The notes: a model not told the origin generated them from the letters alone. DNA of 64,000 nucleotides from Candidatus Norongarragalinales archaeon (GCA_038884755.1 JAWABJ010000001.1:448001-512000), one strand, 5' to 3'. Positions 1 through 10,446 are shown, counted from the first letter of the stretch. Made by a program: numbers and translations.

Positions 1-1
1 T

Positions 2-691
2 GTAGACCGCCATGCTTCCGGCGGCGACAGCCGAAGCTCCAGCGTCCACCGCTTCCTTGAAATGCTCGATTTTTCCCGCGCCCCCACAGGCGATGAGGGG
101 AATGCTGACCGCGCGGGAAACTTTCCTTATCAATTCAAGGTCGTATCCTTCCATGGTGCCTTCCTTGTCGATGGAAGTCAAAAGCACTTCTCCAGCCCCC
201 AGTTTTTCCATCTTCTTAGCCCACGCGACCGGGTCCAAACCCGTCGATTTACTCCCACTGTGGGTGAACACTTCGTACTTTCCTGAAGGCGTTTTTTTCG
301 CGTCTATCGAAGCTATGACCGCTTGACTGCCGAAAACTTCGGAAGCTTGAGTTACGAAAGAAGGATTTTCGAAAGCATAGGAGTTTATTGCGACTTTCTC
401 CACGCCCATGCCCATAAGCTTGCGAATGTCTTCTATGCTGTTTACTCCCCCGCCGTAAGTCAATGGCATGAAACATTCGCTCGTTATCTCGGCGATTTCG
501 GAGAAAGGCGGCTTGCGGTTTTCCAAAGTCGCGGTTATGTCCAGCACTATGAGCTCGTCCACTTCCTTTTCATTATAAATTTTTATTGCGTTTACCGGGT
601 CGCCGACGTAATTCGGGTTTTTGAAGTTGATGGTCTTGACTAGCCGCGAATTTTGCAGCAGTAGGCAGGGCATGACGCGAACGTTAAGCAT
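2..691 (-). CDS. HisF-like cyclase subunit (WbuZ/AglZ-type) of a sugar amidotransferase; 3' end runs off the window
   Basis: Manual translation from ATG 691: MLNVRVMPCLLLQNSRLVKTINF..GDPVNAIKIYNEKEVDELIVLDI..PLTYGGG..GAGEVLLTSIDKEGTMEGYD. Absent from the ORF track because no stop lies in the window. Confidence 0.9.
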   Translation of the reverse strand, partial: MLNVRVMPCLLLQNSRLVKTINFKNPNYVGDPVNAIKIYNEKEVDELIVLDITATLENRKPPFSEIAEITSECFMPLTYGGGVNSIEDIRKLMGMGVEKVAINSYAFENPSFVTQASEVFGSQAVIASIDAKKTPSGKYEVFTHSGSKSTGLDPVAWAKKMEKLGAGEVLLTSIDKEGTMEGYDLELIRKVSRAVSIPLIACGGAGKIEHFKEAVDAGASAVAAGSMAVY

Positions 692-696
692 TTCGA

Positions 697-1308
697 CTAG
701 CTCTTCACGAAATTTTCATACAATTTCATTCCGAACTTGTGGCTTTTCTCCGGGTGGAACTGCGCTCCGTAAATGTTGCCTTTCGAGATTACGGACGGAA
801 AGTCGTAGCCGTAGTGCGTGGTCGCGGCTACGTCTCCCGGGTTTTTGCATTCAACGTGGTACGAGTGGACGAAGTAAAACCGAGGGTCTTCAGGCATGTT
901 TTGCAATAGCGGGTATTCCTTGACTATTTTCACGGTGTTCCAACCCATGTGCGGGATTTTCAGCCCCGAGTTTTTCGGGAATTTGAATTTCACGGTCTTT
1001 CCTTCCACCCAGCCCAGCCCCGGCAGCTTGCCTTCCTCGCTGCTCGCGGTGAGCAATTGCATTCCCAGGCAGACGCCGAGCACGGGCGTATTGTCCTTCA
1101 AAACTTTTTCGTTCAACAACGGAATCAACCCGGTGGAATTCAACGCGCTCATTGCCGCGTCGAAAGCACCCACACCAGGGAGTATGAGCTTGTCGGCTTT
1201 TTCTATTACCCGCGCGTCGGACGAAATCTTCGCGTCAGCCTTTATCCGCTTGAGCATGTTGAGTATCGAGCCCAAGTTTCCAACGCCGTAATCGATTACC
1301 ACAAGCAT
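697..1308 (-). CDS. hisH: HisH-like glutamine amidotransferase subunit (WbuY-type)
   Basis: IDYGVGNLGS, LPGVG, GVCLGMQ catalytic Cys, PHMGWN, QFHPEKS. Confidence 0.92.
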   Translation of the reverse strand: MLVVIDYGVGNLGSILNMLKRIKADAKISSDARVIEKADKLILPGVGAFDAAMSALNSTGLIPLLNEKVLKDNTPVLGVCLGMQLLTASSEEGKLPGLGWVEGKTVKFKFPKNSGLKIPHMGWNTVKIVKEYPLLQNMPEDPRFYFVHSYHVECKNPGDVAATTHYGYDFPSVISKGNIYGAQFHPEKSHKFGMKLYENFVKS

Positions 1309-1324
1309 ACAAAATCCCCGTTCA

Positions 1325-2470
1325 TCAAGGTCGCGTGTATTTCAAGTAAAAACTCTTTGGCACCAAGCCCTGCTCGTACATTTTCTTGAACTCGGGCTCC
1401 ATTTTGATGAATGTCTGCCGGTAAGTTTCGTAGTCCTTGTAGGATTTTTTCGGCAGACGCAGTATGCGCTCCAAATCGCCGTCAGTCAATCCAAGCCGCT
1501 TTTTCACTTCCTCAGTAATTTCCTCGTCGTAGGGCAGCGGTTTTTTCAATTCCTCCAGCGCCTGTTCTCTAAGCATTTGGCCCGAGCGCACCAACGCTGC
1601 CAGCTCGACGTACCTCAAGTCTATCCCGAATTTTTTGAGTAAAATAAAGTTGTCGCAAAACATCGTGTAGCGGTTTTCCATGTGCTGCCCTCCGTACCAC
1701 TGCCAGTCGAACTCTTCCTCTAGGAACTTTTTCGCCTCTTCCTTGCGGTAGTCGACGTAATACAGCGGCCTGGCCCGCTTTATGCCCTTCCTAAGCCAAG
1801 CCAGCCATTTTTCCAGCTCGAGGTTCGGAAATTTTTCCATCTTCATTTTTCCGAATTTATTGTGGATGCTTTCGATGTACTTGCCGTCGAAGTAAAACCA
1901 GCCGAGTGGGACTATCCCCTGCGTCCTGAACGAATGCCCGTCGAGAATGTATTTCACGTCGTGCTTGTCCGCCGCGTCGTAAAGCGTGGTTATGAGCGCG
2001 ATGTCAGTCAAAGCATCTATCTCCGGAACGGAAGCTTCCAAAAAAGACCGTGCCAGGTCGCAAAACTCGTCGTTGTCCATGACGTACGTGTACAAATCCA
2101 CGTCGAGCTTTTTCAAAACGCGGTGGATGTTTTCAACCGCAATCCTTGAATTCCAAGTGTTGTCGAAGTGCACTGCCAGCGGGCGAAGCCCGAGCTTCAC
2201 TTTTGCTACGTACAGCAGGTAGGAAGAGTCGCAGCCGCCGCTCACGCCCACGATGCAGTCGTACTTCTTGCCTTTGCCGGCAGCCTTGATTTCTTCAGCC
2301 AAGGAGGCGAGCTTTTTCCATCCTTCTTCTCCCGTAGGGTATTCCAACTCAAGCTCGTCGTGCACTTTACAGTAGTTGCACACGCAGTCCTCTCCGAACG
2401 AAATGCCGGGCGTCTTGTCGTTGTACACGCACCTGGAACACCAGATTTCGCTTTCAGCCATGTTTTGCAT
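1325..2470 (-). CDS. N-acetyl sugar amidotransferase (WbuX/WbpG/PseA-like, PP-loop)
   Basis: N-terminal CxxC..CNYC, PP-loop YDCIVGVSGGCDSSY, VHFDNTWN; adjacent to the HisH/HisF paralogues. Confidence 0.88.
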   Translation of the reverse strand: MQNMAESEIWCSRCVYNDKTPGISFGEDCVCNYCKVHDELELEYPTGEEGWKKLASLAEEIKAAGKGKKYDCIVGVSGGCDSSYLLYVAKVKLGLRPLAVHFDNTWNSRIAVENIHRVLKKLDVDLYTYVMDNDEFCDLARSFLEASVPEIDALTDIALITTLYDAADKHDVKYILDGHSFRTQGIVPLGWFYFDGKYIESIHNKFGKMKMEKFPNLELEKWLAWLRKGIKRARPLYYVDYRKEEAKKFLEEEFDWQWYGGQHMENRYTMFCDNFILLKKFGIDLRYVELAALVRSGQMLREQALEELKKPLPYDEEITEEVKKRLGLTDGDLERILRLPKKSYKDYETYRQTFIKMEPEFKKMYEQGLVPKSFYLKYTRP

Positions 2471-2477
2471 TACCCTC

Positions 2478-3653
2478 TTATTTTGCCAGCACTAGCTTAT
2501 ATTCCTCGACCAATTTTTCGGTTGCCTTTTTCCAGTCGTGGTATTCGAGTATGAACTGCCTCGCTTTCTTTCCGAGCTTTTCCCGGTATTTTTTGTCGGC
2601 AAGCTTGAGGAGCCCGGCCAGGATTTCTTCTTCCGAGCGCGCGTTTTCGACGGGCGGCTTTTCTTTCGTAGAGTAGAATTTCGCGTGAAGTTTTTCGTCG
2701 ATAAACCTCAGCACCGGCTTTCCGCACGACATTGCTTCTTGGGAAATAGGTCCGAAAGAGCCGATGCCAAATTCGTCAACTACTATGTCCGCGTCCCGAT
2801 ACTCACGTATAATCTCTTTTTCTTTTAGAAGCGGAAGGGGCGTTACGCTCTTTTCAATTTTCAGTTCCTTAACGAGAAGCCGGCTTTTCTCCTTATGAAG
2901 GTCCCAATAAACGAGTTTCAATTTAGCGTCAGGACGCATCTTCAAAAATTTGGCGAAAGCGTTCAAAAACCGGTCGTTGCCTTTCGTTTTCCAAGAGTGA
3001 CGTGTGGGATAGAACAAAGCAAGGTATTTGCGTTTGTGTTTTTGCTTCAGGGGCGAAAATTTTTCCGTGTCGATTATTTGAAAAACGAAACCCACGTTTT
3101 TTATTCCCATTTTTTCTATCAGCGGAATTTGGTCGGGCTGGAAACAAAAGAACCGGTCGCAGTTTTTGTAGGATTTCCTAAGCAAGAATCCGATTAGTAT
3201 ATTCCTGAAATTTTCAAAGGCACTCCATTCGGTTTGAAGGTAGACATTCCCGCTCAAAAGGTCTTTAAGGGTGTTCTTTGCTGCGACGAGCCTCAAGTCG
3301 CTTCCCATGCTGTGCGCGATAAGCTTTTGGTTTCCACCAAAAATACGGCGTAGTTTTACAATCAAATAAGCGTAAACTGCTATCCCCCCGTTTGCGTGGA
3401 GTATGTCATAATCTCGGGTGAGTTTCCACAACACAAAAAACTTGTTTATGGGGTTGGTTTGGGTCCAGTATTTCACCCACTGGTGTCTTTCTTCCATGAA
3501 AGTCGCGGGGTCGGATGAAGAGCCTTTTTCCACCAGCAAATCGCACTCCATTCCCGCCTTGCGCAGGTACTTTGCGTAATGGAAGGCGGTGTTCGCTATG
3601 TTGTCAAGCTGTACCACCTTCCATGCGAATTTCTTTTTCTTCAATGCCAACAC
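2478..3653 (-). CDS. Glycosyltransferase, GT4/GT-B family
   Basis: KGNDRF, ADIVVDEF..GSFG..EAMSCGKPV motif. Confidence 0.85.
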   Translation of the reverse strand: MLALKKKKFAWKVVQLDNIANTAFHYAKYLRKAGMECDLLVEKGSSSDPATFMEERHQWVKYWTQTNPINKFFVLWKLTRDYDILHANGGIAVYAYLIVKLRRIFGGNQKLIAHSMGSDLRLVAAKNTLKDLLSGNVYLQTEWSAFENFRNILIGFLLRKSYKNCDRFFCFQPDQIPLIEKMGIKNVGFVFQIIDTEKFSPLKQKHKRKYLALFYPTRHSWKTKGNDRFLNAFAKFLKMRPDAKLKLVYWDLHKEKSRLLVKELKIEKSVTPLPLLKEKEIIREYRDADIVVDEFGIGSFGPISQEAMSCGKPVLRFIDEKLHAKFYSTKEKPPVENARSEEEILAGLLKLADKKYREKLGKKARQFILEYHDWKKATEKLVEEYKLVLAK

Positions 3654-3660
3654 CTTGAAA

Positions 3661-4260
3661 TCATTTTTTTGTTTTCAACGCGTAGAAACGGTCGTTGAGC
3701 GGGCTGGAAAACGTCGAGTAGCCTCTGCGTTCGAAAAAACTCCGGTCGTAGCAAACGTAATGCCCTTTCTTCAGCATGAGGAAAACGACGGTCCGCAGGT
3801 GGTATCCCGCAGTTCCTAAAGGGTGTTTTCTTATTTCTGGAATGTCTCCCACGAGCACCCGCCCTCCTTTCTTGCAAACGCGCTCTAATTCCGCCAGCGC
3901 CTTCAACGCGTAATCACGGTCGTAGTGCAGGAATGTTGAGTGGGTGAGGACCGCGTCGAAAGAGTTGCTTGCGAAAGGCAAGTCCGCCGCCTCGCCCAAA
4001 AAGAATTGTCCTTCGGGGACGTTCTTTCTCGCCTCGCGTATTTTCACGCGTGAGTAGTCCAGACCCACTTTTTCGCCGGCGGGCAGTTTTTTCAGCAGCG
4101 AACCGGCACCACAGCCCACGTCCAAAAGCTTTTTCTTTCGCGACAAGTCCAAAAGCCCGGCTATGAACGACGCGAGCTTCGGCTGCGAGTATTCCCCGCC
4201 GTACGCGTCGTTCTCCCATTTTTCCTTCCAAAAAGAAACCACTGTTTTTTTCATTTTCAA
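3661..4260 (-). CDS. Class I SAM-dependent methyltransferase
   Basis: LLDVGCGAG, LPFASNSFDAV, RVCKKGG motifs. Confidence 0.85.
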   Translation of the reverse strand: MKMKKTVVSFWKEKWENDAYGGEYSQPKLASFIAGLLDLSRKKKLLDVGCGAGSLLKKLPAGEKVGLDYSRVKIREARKNVPEGQFFLGEAADLPFASNSFDAVLTHSTFLHYDRDYALKALAELERVCKKGGRVLVGDIPEIRKHPLGTAGYHLRTVVFLMLKKGHYVCYDRSFFERRGYSTFSSPLNDRFYALKTKK

Positions 4261-4275
4261 TCACGATTAGTGAAT

Positions 4276-5682
4276 TCAAATGTCCTGCTTTCCGTCTAGA
4301 GCGTTGAGTTTTTTCACGTCCTGCCTCGCGCCCAGCAGGTTGTCGGCCGCAACCAACCCCGATTCCACCGCGTGCCCCATGTTGTTGTACCGATATATGG
4401 ACGAGCGGCTTATGCACTGCAGGTTTTCAAACTTCGAAAGGTAATCGGCTACAGCGGAAACGAACTTTTCGTAGCCCAAAAAGTAAATGGGGTAAACGTA
4501 ATCCACTTTCAAGACCGAAGCATCCACCACCCGTTTTTTTTCCACCAGCCCCGCCTTTTCCATTTCCCTCTTTGCAAAGTCTATTATTTCTTCGTCGCTC
4601 ATTTTCCAAATCGCGTCGTTTTCAAAGCAATTGTATTCTATTCCCACGGGGCAGAGGCTGCCGCTTCCCATGTGATTGGACAGGTTGGAGAAGTTGGTAA
4701 TCCTGTAAGCGGTTATATCGTCAGACATCACCTGCATCCACTGCGCGTCGAACGGGTTTCCTTCCACTACCAGATGTACCATGACGAGGTTGCGGAAGTA
4801 GAGCTTGTTTGCAGCTTCGAGAATTTCCTTGGGAGGGGCAGGTCGAAGGCTTTCCAGGAAAACATTCAATGGGATCGTGGAAATGAACTGCGAGCCTTCG
4901 TGCTTGCGAGTTTTTCCGTGCGTGTCCTCCGTTTCAATAGAGGTGATTTTCTTTCCGTCGTGGTTTACGCGCACCACGCGCGAGTTCATGTGAAACTCCG
5001 CGTTGCGTGTTTTCTGAGTCATTTCGGCAAGGTTTGCGTACATTTGGCCGGAGCCGAGCGCGTGGTGGAAAAACCGGTGGCCTTGAGGGGCTTCATGCGG
5101 TTTTTTTATTAACCCTTTTTCCTGCAGCCACTTGAGCGAAGTTTTTTTCGCAAGCGCGTCGAAAGAAATTTTTTTTATCATGTTGTTGTACATGTTGCGG
5201 TCGATTTGCGAAAGGTCAAGCCCCCAAAATTTTTGCGTGTAGGCCTTTTGGAATATCGAGTACATTTTTTCCCCGTAGTCGTTTATCATCTGCTGTTCGC
5301 AGGAAACGGCGTTGCTTATCGGGAACAGCCTGCGCTTGAGGAAATCTGCAACTACAGCAAGCCTTTCGGAAAGCGGGAGTTTCAGGAAAATGTCGCCGAA
5401 AGAGCCGTACACTTTTCCTTGGTAGTATTGCTTGGAGTTTTCTTGTATTTCGGAAAGCCTGCCCTTGCCTATGAGCTTCCAGAAATCCACTATGCGCTCG
5501 TTCCTTTTGATGAAAACGTGTGGCCCGAGGTCGAACCTGCAGCCTTTCACTTGCGAAGTTCTCGACAGCCCGCCTACTTCGCCGTTCTTGTCTATCAGTG
5601 CGACGCTCTCGCCGTTTTTCGAAAGTTCGAATCCTGCAGCAAGGCCTGCGGGTCCTGCTCCCAAAATCACAACGTCTTCCAT
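4276..5682 (-). CDS. FAD-dependent oxidoreductase (protoporphyrinogen oxidase/UDP-galactopyranose mutase-like family typical of glycan clusters)
   Basis: ILGAGPAGL dinucleotide motif, VGGLSRT, FDLGPH, YRYNNM. Confidence 0.8.
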   Translation of the reverse strand: MEDVVILGAGPAGLAAGFELSKNGESVALIDKNGEVGGLSRTSQVKGCRFDLGPHVFIKRNERIVDFWKLIGKGRLSEIQENSKQYYQGKVYGSFGDIFLKLPLSERLAVVADFLKRRLFPISNAVSCEQQMINDYGEKMYSIFQKAYTQKFWGLDLSQIDRNMYNNMIKKISFDALAKKTSLKWLQEKGLIKKPHEAPQGHRFFHHALGSGQMYANLAEMTQKTRNAEFHMNSRVVRVNHDGKKITSIETEDTHGKTRKHEGSQFISTIPLNVFLESLRPAPPKEILEAANKLYFRNLVMVHLVVEGNPFDAQWMQVMSDDITAYRITNFSNLSNHMGSGSLCPVGIEYNCFENDAIWKMSDEEIIDFAKREMEKAGLVEKKRVVDASVLKVDYVYPIYFLGYEKFVSAVADYLSKFENLQCISRSSIYRYNNMGHAVESGLVAADNLLGARQDVKKLNALDGKQDI

Positions 5683-5694
5683 ATGCGCATCGCC

Positions 5695-6222
5695 TTATTT
5701 CACGAGTTTCCAGTAGATTTTCGCCAGGATACTGCTTATTTTCCCGCCTATCAAGCTTCGTGGTTCTTTGAGGCTGTTTTCCGCCTCTTTAGGGTTCCAC
5801 TTTCTCTTCCACCCGCCTTCGCCCACCAAATCGAGGCCCTTGAACTTGCCGCTCACACTGAGCTCGAGGCACTTGTAAATCAAGTAGGAAAACGCGTAGT
5901 ACGGACAGTCGTTGCTTATGGAAACGCCTTGGATGTGCAGAAAACCATCAAGAGGGTATAATGCGAGGGAACAGCAGTACTTCCCTTCCTTCGAGTAAAG
6001 CCCGTAAAACGTTCTTTTCGCGGTTATGGAGAACGGTGGCATTAACAGGCCCTTCCTTTTCCGGTATTCGCGCAAACGCTTTTCGTGTTCTTCAGCCGCA
6101 ATTTCCTTGAAAAACATGCCCTCGCGCTTGGCGCGGTTGATTTCGTTGCGCACGTCTTTCGAAACATTGGTCAAGTCGAGGTGTTCCGAACCGAGTACTA
6201 GAGTTTTCATAAAAAACACCAA
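5695..6222 (-). CDS. Hypothetical protein, possibly a GNAT/FemAB-like acyltransferase domain
   Basis: VRNEINRAKREG..LDLVGEGGWKRKW resembles the C-terminus of FemAB/Acetyltransf_6 proteins; lies in the operon. Confidence 0.45.
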   Translation of the reverse strand: MVFFMKTLVLGSEHLDLTNVSKDVRNEINRAKREGMFFKEIAAEEHEKRLREYRKRKGLLMPPFSITAKRTFYGLYSKEGKYCCSLALYPLDGFLHIQGVSISNDCPYYAFSYLIYKCLELSVSGKFKGLDLVGEGGWKRKWNPKEAENSLKEPRSLIGGKISSILAKIYWKLVK

Positions 6223-6232
6223 CGTGCACGGC

Positions 6233-7159
6233 CTACCACGCCGGCTCCAGCCTAGTCTTCAAGCTCTTGAAGAAAACCGCGGCGTTTTCCTTCCTGCCGT
6301 CGATTTCCACTTCATCCAGTATTATTATCCCTTTTCCGGAGAGAATCCAGACTTCACCCTTGCCGTTTTTCAAAACCTTGTTTATTATTTGGCCTGGAGT
6401 TCCGCTGTAGTCGAGCCTGGGCCCGACGCGGCATTTTTTGATAACGATTTTCCTGCCTTCCGCGAAGCAGAACGCGCCAGGGTAGGGGTCGGAAACGCCT
6501 CGCACGAGGTTGTAAATCTCTTGCGCGGGTTTTCCCCAGCGTATCAAGCCGTCTTCGGGAGTACGCATGGCGTTGTAAGTCGCTTTTCGTTCGTCCTGCT
6601 TTTTGGGCTTTATTTTTCCGCTTAAGATGAGCGGCAGCTTTTGCTTGAACAGGCGCATTCCCGCCCGCTCGGCTTTTTCCTTCACGTCCGAAATGTAGTC
6701 GGACGGGAGTATGGCGAACGAAACTTGGCCGGGAAGCAATCCGGCGTCGATTTTCTCGGTTATGTAAAACAGGCTAGCGCCGGTTTTCTTCTCGCCTTTT
6801 ATCACCGCCCAGTTCAGGGGGGCGAAACCGCGGTTTCGCGGAAGCAGGGAAAAGTGCATTCCTATCGCACCTCCTTTCGGCGCCTGGAAAACGCGTTTGG
6901 GAATGTAATTGCGCCAGCCGAAAACGAAAATGAAGTCCGGCTTTGCCTTCAAAACCATGTCCACGTGCTCGTTCGAGAGGGTTTTGGTTTTTACTACGGT
7001 AATTCCCTTTTTTCGCGCGAAGTCTTCAACGCTAGCCTCCCACTTTTCGTGCTGGTCCGGGTCGAAAGTGAATACTAGCCTGACGTCCGATTTTTTGCAC
7101 AGCTCTTTCAACGCTTCTACCCCGAGCTTTTGCGAACCGAAGAAAACCACGCGCTTCAT
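6233..7159 (-). CDS. Nucleotide-sugar N-formyltransferase (Fmt/ArnA formyltransferase fold)
   Basis: HFSLLPRNRGFAPLNWA, IDAG, R.PEDG.I.W, PYPGAF; adjacent to an epimerase and a DegT gene. Confidence 0.85.
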   Translation of the reverse strand: MKRVVFFGSQKLGVEALKELCKKSDVRLVFTFDPDQHEKWEASVEDFARKKGITVVKTKTLSNEHVDMVLKAKPDFIFVFGWRNYIPKRVFQAPKGGAIGMHFSLLPRNRGFAPLNWAVIKGEKKTGASLFYITEKIDAGLLPGQVSFAILPSDYISDVKEKAERAGMRLFKQKLPLILSGKIKPKKQDERKATYNAMRTPEDGLIRWGKPAQEIYNLVRGVSDPYPGAFCFAEGRKIVIKKCRVGPRLDYSGTPGQIINKVLKNGKGEVWILSGKGIIILDEVEIDGRKENAAVFFKSLKTRLEPAW

Positions 7160-7166
7160 TTCAAAC

Positions 7167-8120
7167 TCACCAGTTCAAATTGTGCTTTTTCGAATACCAG
7201 GAAATGGTTTCGGCGATTCCTGTCTCGAAATCGTATTCCGGCTTGAAGCCAAGCAGCCTGCGGGCTTTCGAAATGTCGGCACAATGACGCATCACGTCGC
7301 CTGGCCGCACGCTTTCGTAAACGGGGGTTATCCTTTCTTTGCCAAGCGCAGTGCCAATGGCGCGCGCAATGTGGTTTACGCTCAACTCTTTGCCCGTCCC
7401 GATGTTTATCACGTCGTTCAGTGTTTTTTTCGACTCGCCTGCAAGCGCTATGCCGCGGGCGGTGTCTTTCACGAAACTAAAGTCTCGCGATTGCCTTCCG
7501 TTCCCGTAGATTACTGGAGGCATGTTTTTGGAATACCTTTCCAAAAACCGGAATATCACGGCGCAGTAGCTGTCGGTCCTGTGTCTCGGACCGTAAGAGT
7601 TGAACGGCCGTATTATCGTGTAGTTCAAGCCGTAGCAGTTGTGGAACGCTATCGTGTACTCTTCCCCGTTGAGCTTGGAAGCACTGTAAGTGGTATACGG
7701 ATGCGTGGGGTGCTTTTCGCTCATTCGCAGGGTCTGGGCGTTTCCGTACACTTCCGAGGAAGAAACGTAATTGAAGCGTTTTATATTGTGCTTGTGCGCT
7801 GAGTAGAGGACGTTGAGGGTCCCTCGGCTGTTGACGTCGTCCATCAGGAAAGGGTCTTCCAACCCTACGGTCAAAGCTTCTACCGCCAAGTGATATACGC
7901 AGTCCACGCCAGGCATCACCTTGTCGAGGACTGCCATGTCCCTTATATCCCCTTCGACGAGCTTCACTTTTCCGTAGGCAAAAGCGTCTTTCAAGTTCTC
8001 GCGCTTGCCGGAGCGAAGGTTGTCCAAAACTATTACGTCATTTCCTAGGGAAGCTAATTGTTCTACCACCCAGCTGCCTATGAAGCCCGCGCCGCCCGTG
8101 ACCAAAACTTTTCCGCTCAC
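7167..8120 (-). CDS. NAD-dependent epimerase/dehydratase (extended SDR)
   Basis: VTGGAGFIGS, SSSEVYG, YSASK, RPFNSYGP. Confidence 0.92.
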   Translation of the reverse strand: MSGKVLVTGGAGFIGSWVVEQLASLGNDVIVLDNLRSGKRENLKDAFAYGKVKLVEGDIRDMAVLDKVMPGVDCVYHLAVEALTVGLEDPFLMDDVNSRGTLNVLYSAHKHNIKRFNYVSSSEVYGNAQTLRMSEKHPTHPYTTYSASKLNGEEYTIAFHNCYGLNYTIIRPFNSYGPRHRTDSYCAVIFRFLERYSKNMPPVIYGNGRQSRDFSFVKDTARGIALAGESKKTLNDVINIGTGKELSVNHIARAIGTALGKERITPVYESVRPGDVMRHCADISKARRLLGFKPEYDFETGIAETISWYSKKHNLNW

Positions 8121-9247
8121 GAAACCACTTCCTTCAAACTTTTCACTACTTTGAAAACCTGTTCTTCATTCAAATCGTAAAACATCGGCAACGCGATTGA
8201 GTGCTCGAAAACGAAAAGCGAGTTGGGACAAGCGCCTTTAAGCGTCCGCACGCCGTAATCGGCGTAAACCGGCTGGATGTGACTCGCGTAAGTGCCAATC
8301 TGCGCTTGCACGCCCTTTGCGCGCAGTTTGGAAATGATTCTGTTGCGGTTGATATTTTCGTCGAGAAGGCAAACGTAGCTTTGGTAGACGTGGCGCACGC
8401 TTTTCGAAACCGCGGGCGGGGTTACGCCGTCCACGCCGGAAAGCTGTTCGCCGTAAAGCTTTGCAAGCGCGTTCTTGCGTTCTATCGCGCCTTCAATGCG
8501 CTTTAGCTGTTCTATCCCAATGGCAGAAGCTATGTCGCTCAGCTTGTAATTGAAGCCGAGCGCAGTGAAAACCGGAGGCTGGAATTCGCTTTCGAACTGC
8601 CTAGCGAAAGCCGAAGTCATGCCGAAGCACGACAGCGAGCGCACTTTACTCGCGAGCGTCTTGTCGTCGGTGGAAACCATTCCGCCTTCGCCGGTGGTTA
8701 CGTTCTTCCTGCCGTGAAAGGAATAGCAACCTAGTTCTGCAAAAGTCCCCGCGAACTTGCCGCGGTATTTCGCTCCTGCGGCGCACGCCGCGTCTTCAAC
8801 AACTTTCAACCCGTTTTTTTTCGCTATGTACATTATTTTATCCATTTCTGCGGGATAGCCGAACGCGTGGACCGGAAGGATTGCCTTGGTTTTTGGCGTA
8901 ATCAACCGTTCTATTTCAGCAGGGTCTATGTTGTAGGAATCCTTCTGCACGTCCGCAAAAACGGGCTTTGCGCCGCAGTAAAGGACGGCGTGGCCGGTTG
9001 CTGGAAAAGTATAGTCGGATACTATCACTTCGTCGCCTTTTCCTATTCCCAGCGCCAAGAGCGAAAGGTGCAGTGCGGCAGTGCAGTTGTTGACGGCAAC
9101 GCAGTTTTTAACCCCCAAGTAGGCGGAAAAGCTTTTTTCGAACTCTGCGCTGGCAGGACCTTGTCCCGCAACCCAGCCGGAATCCAGGGTTTTTTTCACG
9201 GCGTTGATTTCTTCCTTTCCGAAGAAAGGTTTCGTGAGAGGAATCAA
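8117..9247 (-). CDS. DegT/DnrJ/EryC1/StrS PLP-dependent sugar aminotransferase
   Basis: NCTAALHL, VEDAACA, SFHGRKNVTTGEGG, GFNYKLSD. Confidence 0.92.
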   Translation of the reverse strand: MIPLTKPFFGKEEINAVKKTLDSGWVAGQGPASAEFEKSFSAYLGVKNCVAVNNCTAALHLSLLALGIGKGDEVIVSDYTFPATGHAVLYCGAKPVFADVQKDSYNIDPAEIERLITPKTKAILPVHAFGYPAEMDKIMYIAKKNGLKVVEDAACAAGAKYRGKFAGTFAELGCYSFHGRKNVTTGEGGMVSTDDKTLASKVRSLSCFGMTSAFARQFESEFQPPVFTALGFNYKLSDIASAIGIEQLKRIEGAIERKNALAKLYGEQLSGVDGVTPPAVSKSVRHVYQSYVCLLDENINRNRIISKLRAKGVQAQIGTYASHIQPVYADYGVRTLKGACPNSLFVFEHSIALPMFYDLNEEQVFKVVKSLKEVVS

Positions 9248-9275
9248 AGAACCACCTTAATTCAACCAAAAATAT

Positions 9276-10421
9276 TCAACGCAAATACCCGCTATAAATG
9301 CGAGCTTCGCGGGCTTCCATTTTCGAACCTTCGATTTCCTTGAATTTCTTGAGCCCTTTGGCTTTCAAGCGCGAGTACAACTTTCCGTCTTCAAGCAGGC
9401 GCTGGATGGCCGAGGCAAACGCCTGCGGAGTGTTGTCCACTATCAACCCTACTTCGCCGGAAATCTCGCGTTCGGGGTCGTAAGGGGCTTTAGAAACCAC
9501 GACAGGCAAGCCGGCGGCCATCGCCTCGATTATGGGTATGGAAATCCCGCCGTATTCGAGCGACTGGGCGAAAATCTTGCACGACTTGTAATAACCGGGC
9601 AGCTTGCTGTTCGCAACCGAAGGAAGGAAAGTGACTTTATCGGAAACGCCGAGGCTTTCCGTAAGGGAAACCAAGCGCTTTTTCAGGGGACCGTCCCCCA
9701 CGAGCACCAGCCTCGCGTCCACCCTTTTTTGAGAAAGGATTTTCAAAGCTCTTATCAAAGGTTCTGGGTTTTTTTCGGCAATTAGTCTTCCTACGGAAAT
9801 TATTCCGGGCTCTTTGAGCTTTAGTGCCGGTTTTGCTTTTGAAAAGTTTTTTGCGTAAACTTTGTTGTAAATCACAGTAATGTTTTTCCCGCCGTGCTTG
9901 CGCGCGTAAGGGACGGAAAAATCGTAGACGCAGATTATTTCGTCGGCAGAGGAAACGGCGCGCCTTTCGGCAAGCAAGCCAAGGAAAGCCGACTTGAGCC
10001 AATTCTTGTAATCCCCCCGGTCCCACGCTAACCTGCGCAAATCCATTTCAGGGTTTATGTGCAGCGACAGGACGAAGGGGACGGAAAGCTTTCTCGCGCA
10101 GTACGAAGCGAGAAAGCCGTGCACCGACGGCGTGTAAGCGCGGATGACGTCCGGGGAAATGCTTTTCACTTTTTCCAAAACGAGTTTGCGCTTGGTCCAC
10201 AAAGACCACGGCTTGAGCTTGCCCAGCGGATGAATGAATATTCTCGCGTTTCCCACAATCGCCTTGACTTTTTCCGGCTCAACGTCCTTTTCGCAGAAGG
10301 TTATGAAATGCACTTCGCCGAAAACGTTCTTCGGGTTGTAATAACGCGCTTTCACCTCACCCTTTTCGTAAAGCGCCTTGAGCGAATCTCCCGGAAAAAC
10401 GCACAACTTGAATTTTTTCAA
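9276..10421 (-). CDS. Glycosyltransferase, GT4 family
   Basis: VGRLIAEKN, LVGDGP, IIEAMAAGLPVV. Confidence 0.88.
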   Translation of the reverse strand: MKKFKLCVFPGDSLKALYEKGEVKARYYNPKNVFGEVHFITFCEKDVEPEKVKAIVGNARIFIHPLGKLKPWSLWTKRKLVLEKVKSISPDVIRAYTPSVHGFLASYCARKLSVPFVLSLHINPEMDLRRLAWDRGDYKNWLKSAFLGLLAERRAVSSADEIICVYDFSVPYARKHGGKNITVIYNKVYAKNFSKAKPALKLKEPGIISVGRLIAEKNPEPLIRALKILSQKRVDARLVLVGDGPLKKRLVSLTESLGVSDKVTFLPSVANSKLPGYYKSCKIFAQSLEYGGISIPIIEAMAAGLPVVVSKAPYDPEREISGEVGLIVDNTPQAFASAIQRLLEDGKLYSRLKAKGLKKFKEIEGSKMEAREARIYSGYLR

Positions 10422-10446
10422 ACCTCATCACACCCAGAGTTTTTTT

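Noticed and set aside
2..1308. hisF/hisH as histidine biosynthesis genes
   Set aside because: They sit next to a WbuX-like gene inside a glycan cluster with no other his genes, which fits the sugar-amidotransferase paralogues.
6233..7159. Methionyl-tRNA formyltransferase
   Set aside because: Archaea do not formylate initiator tRNA, and the context is nucleotide-sugar synthesis.
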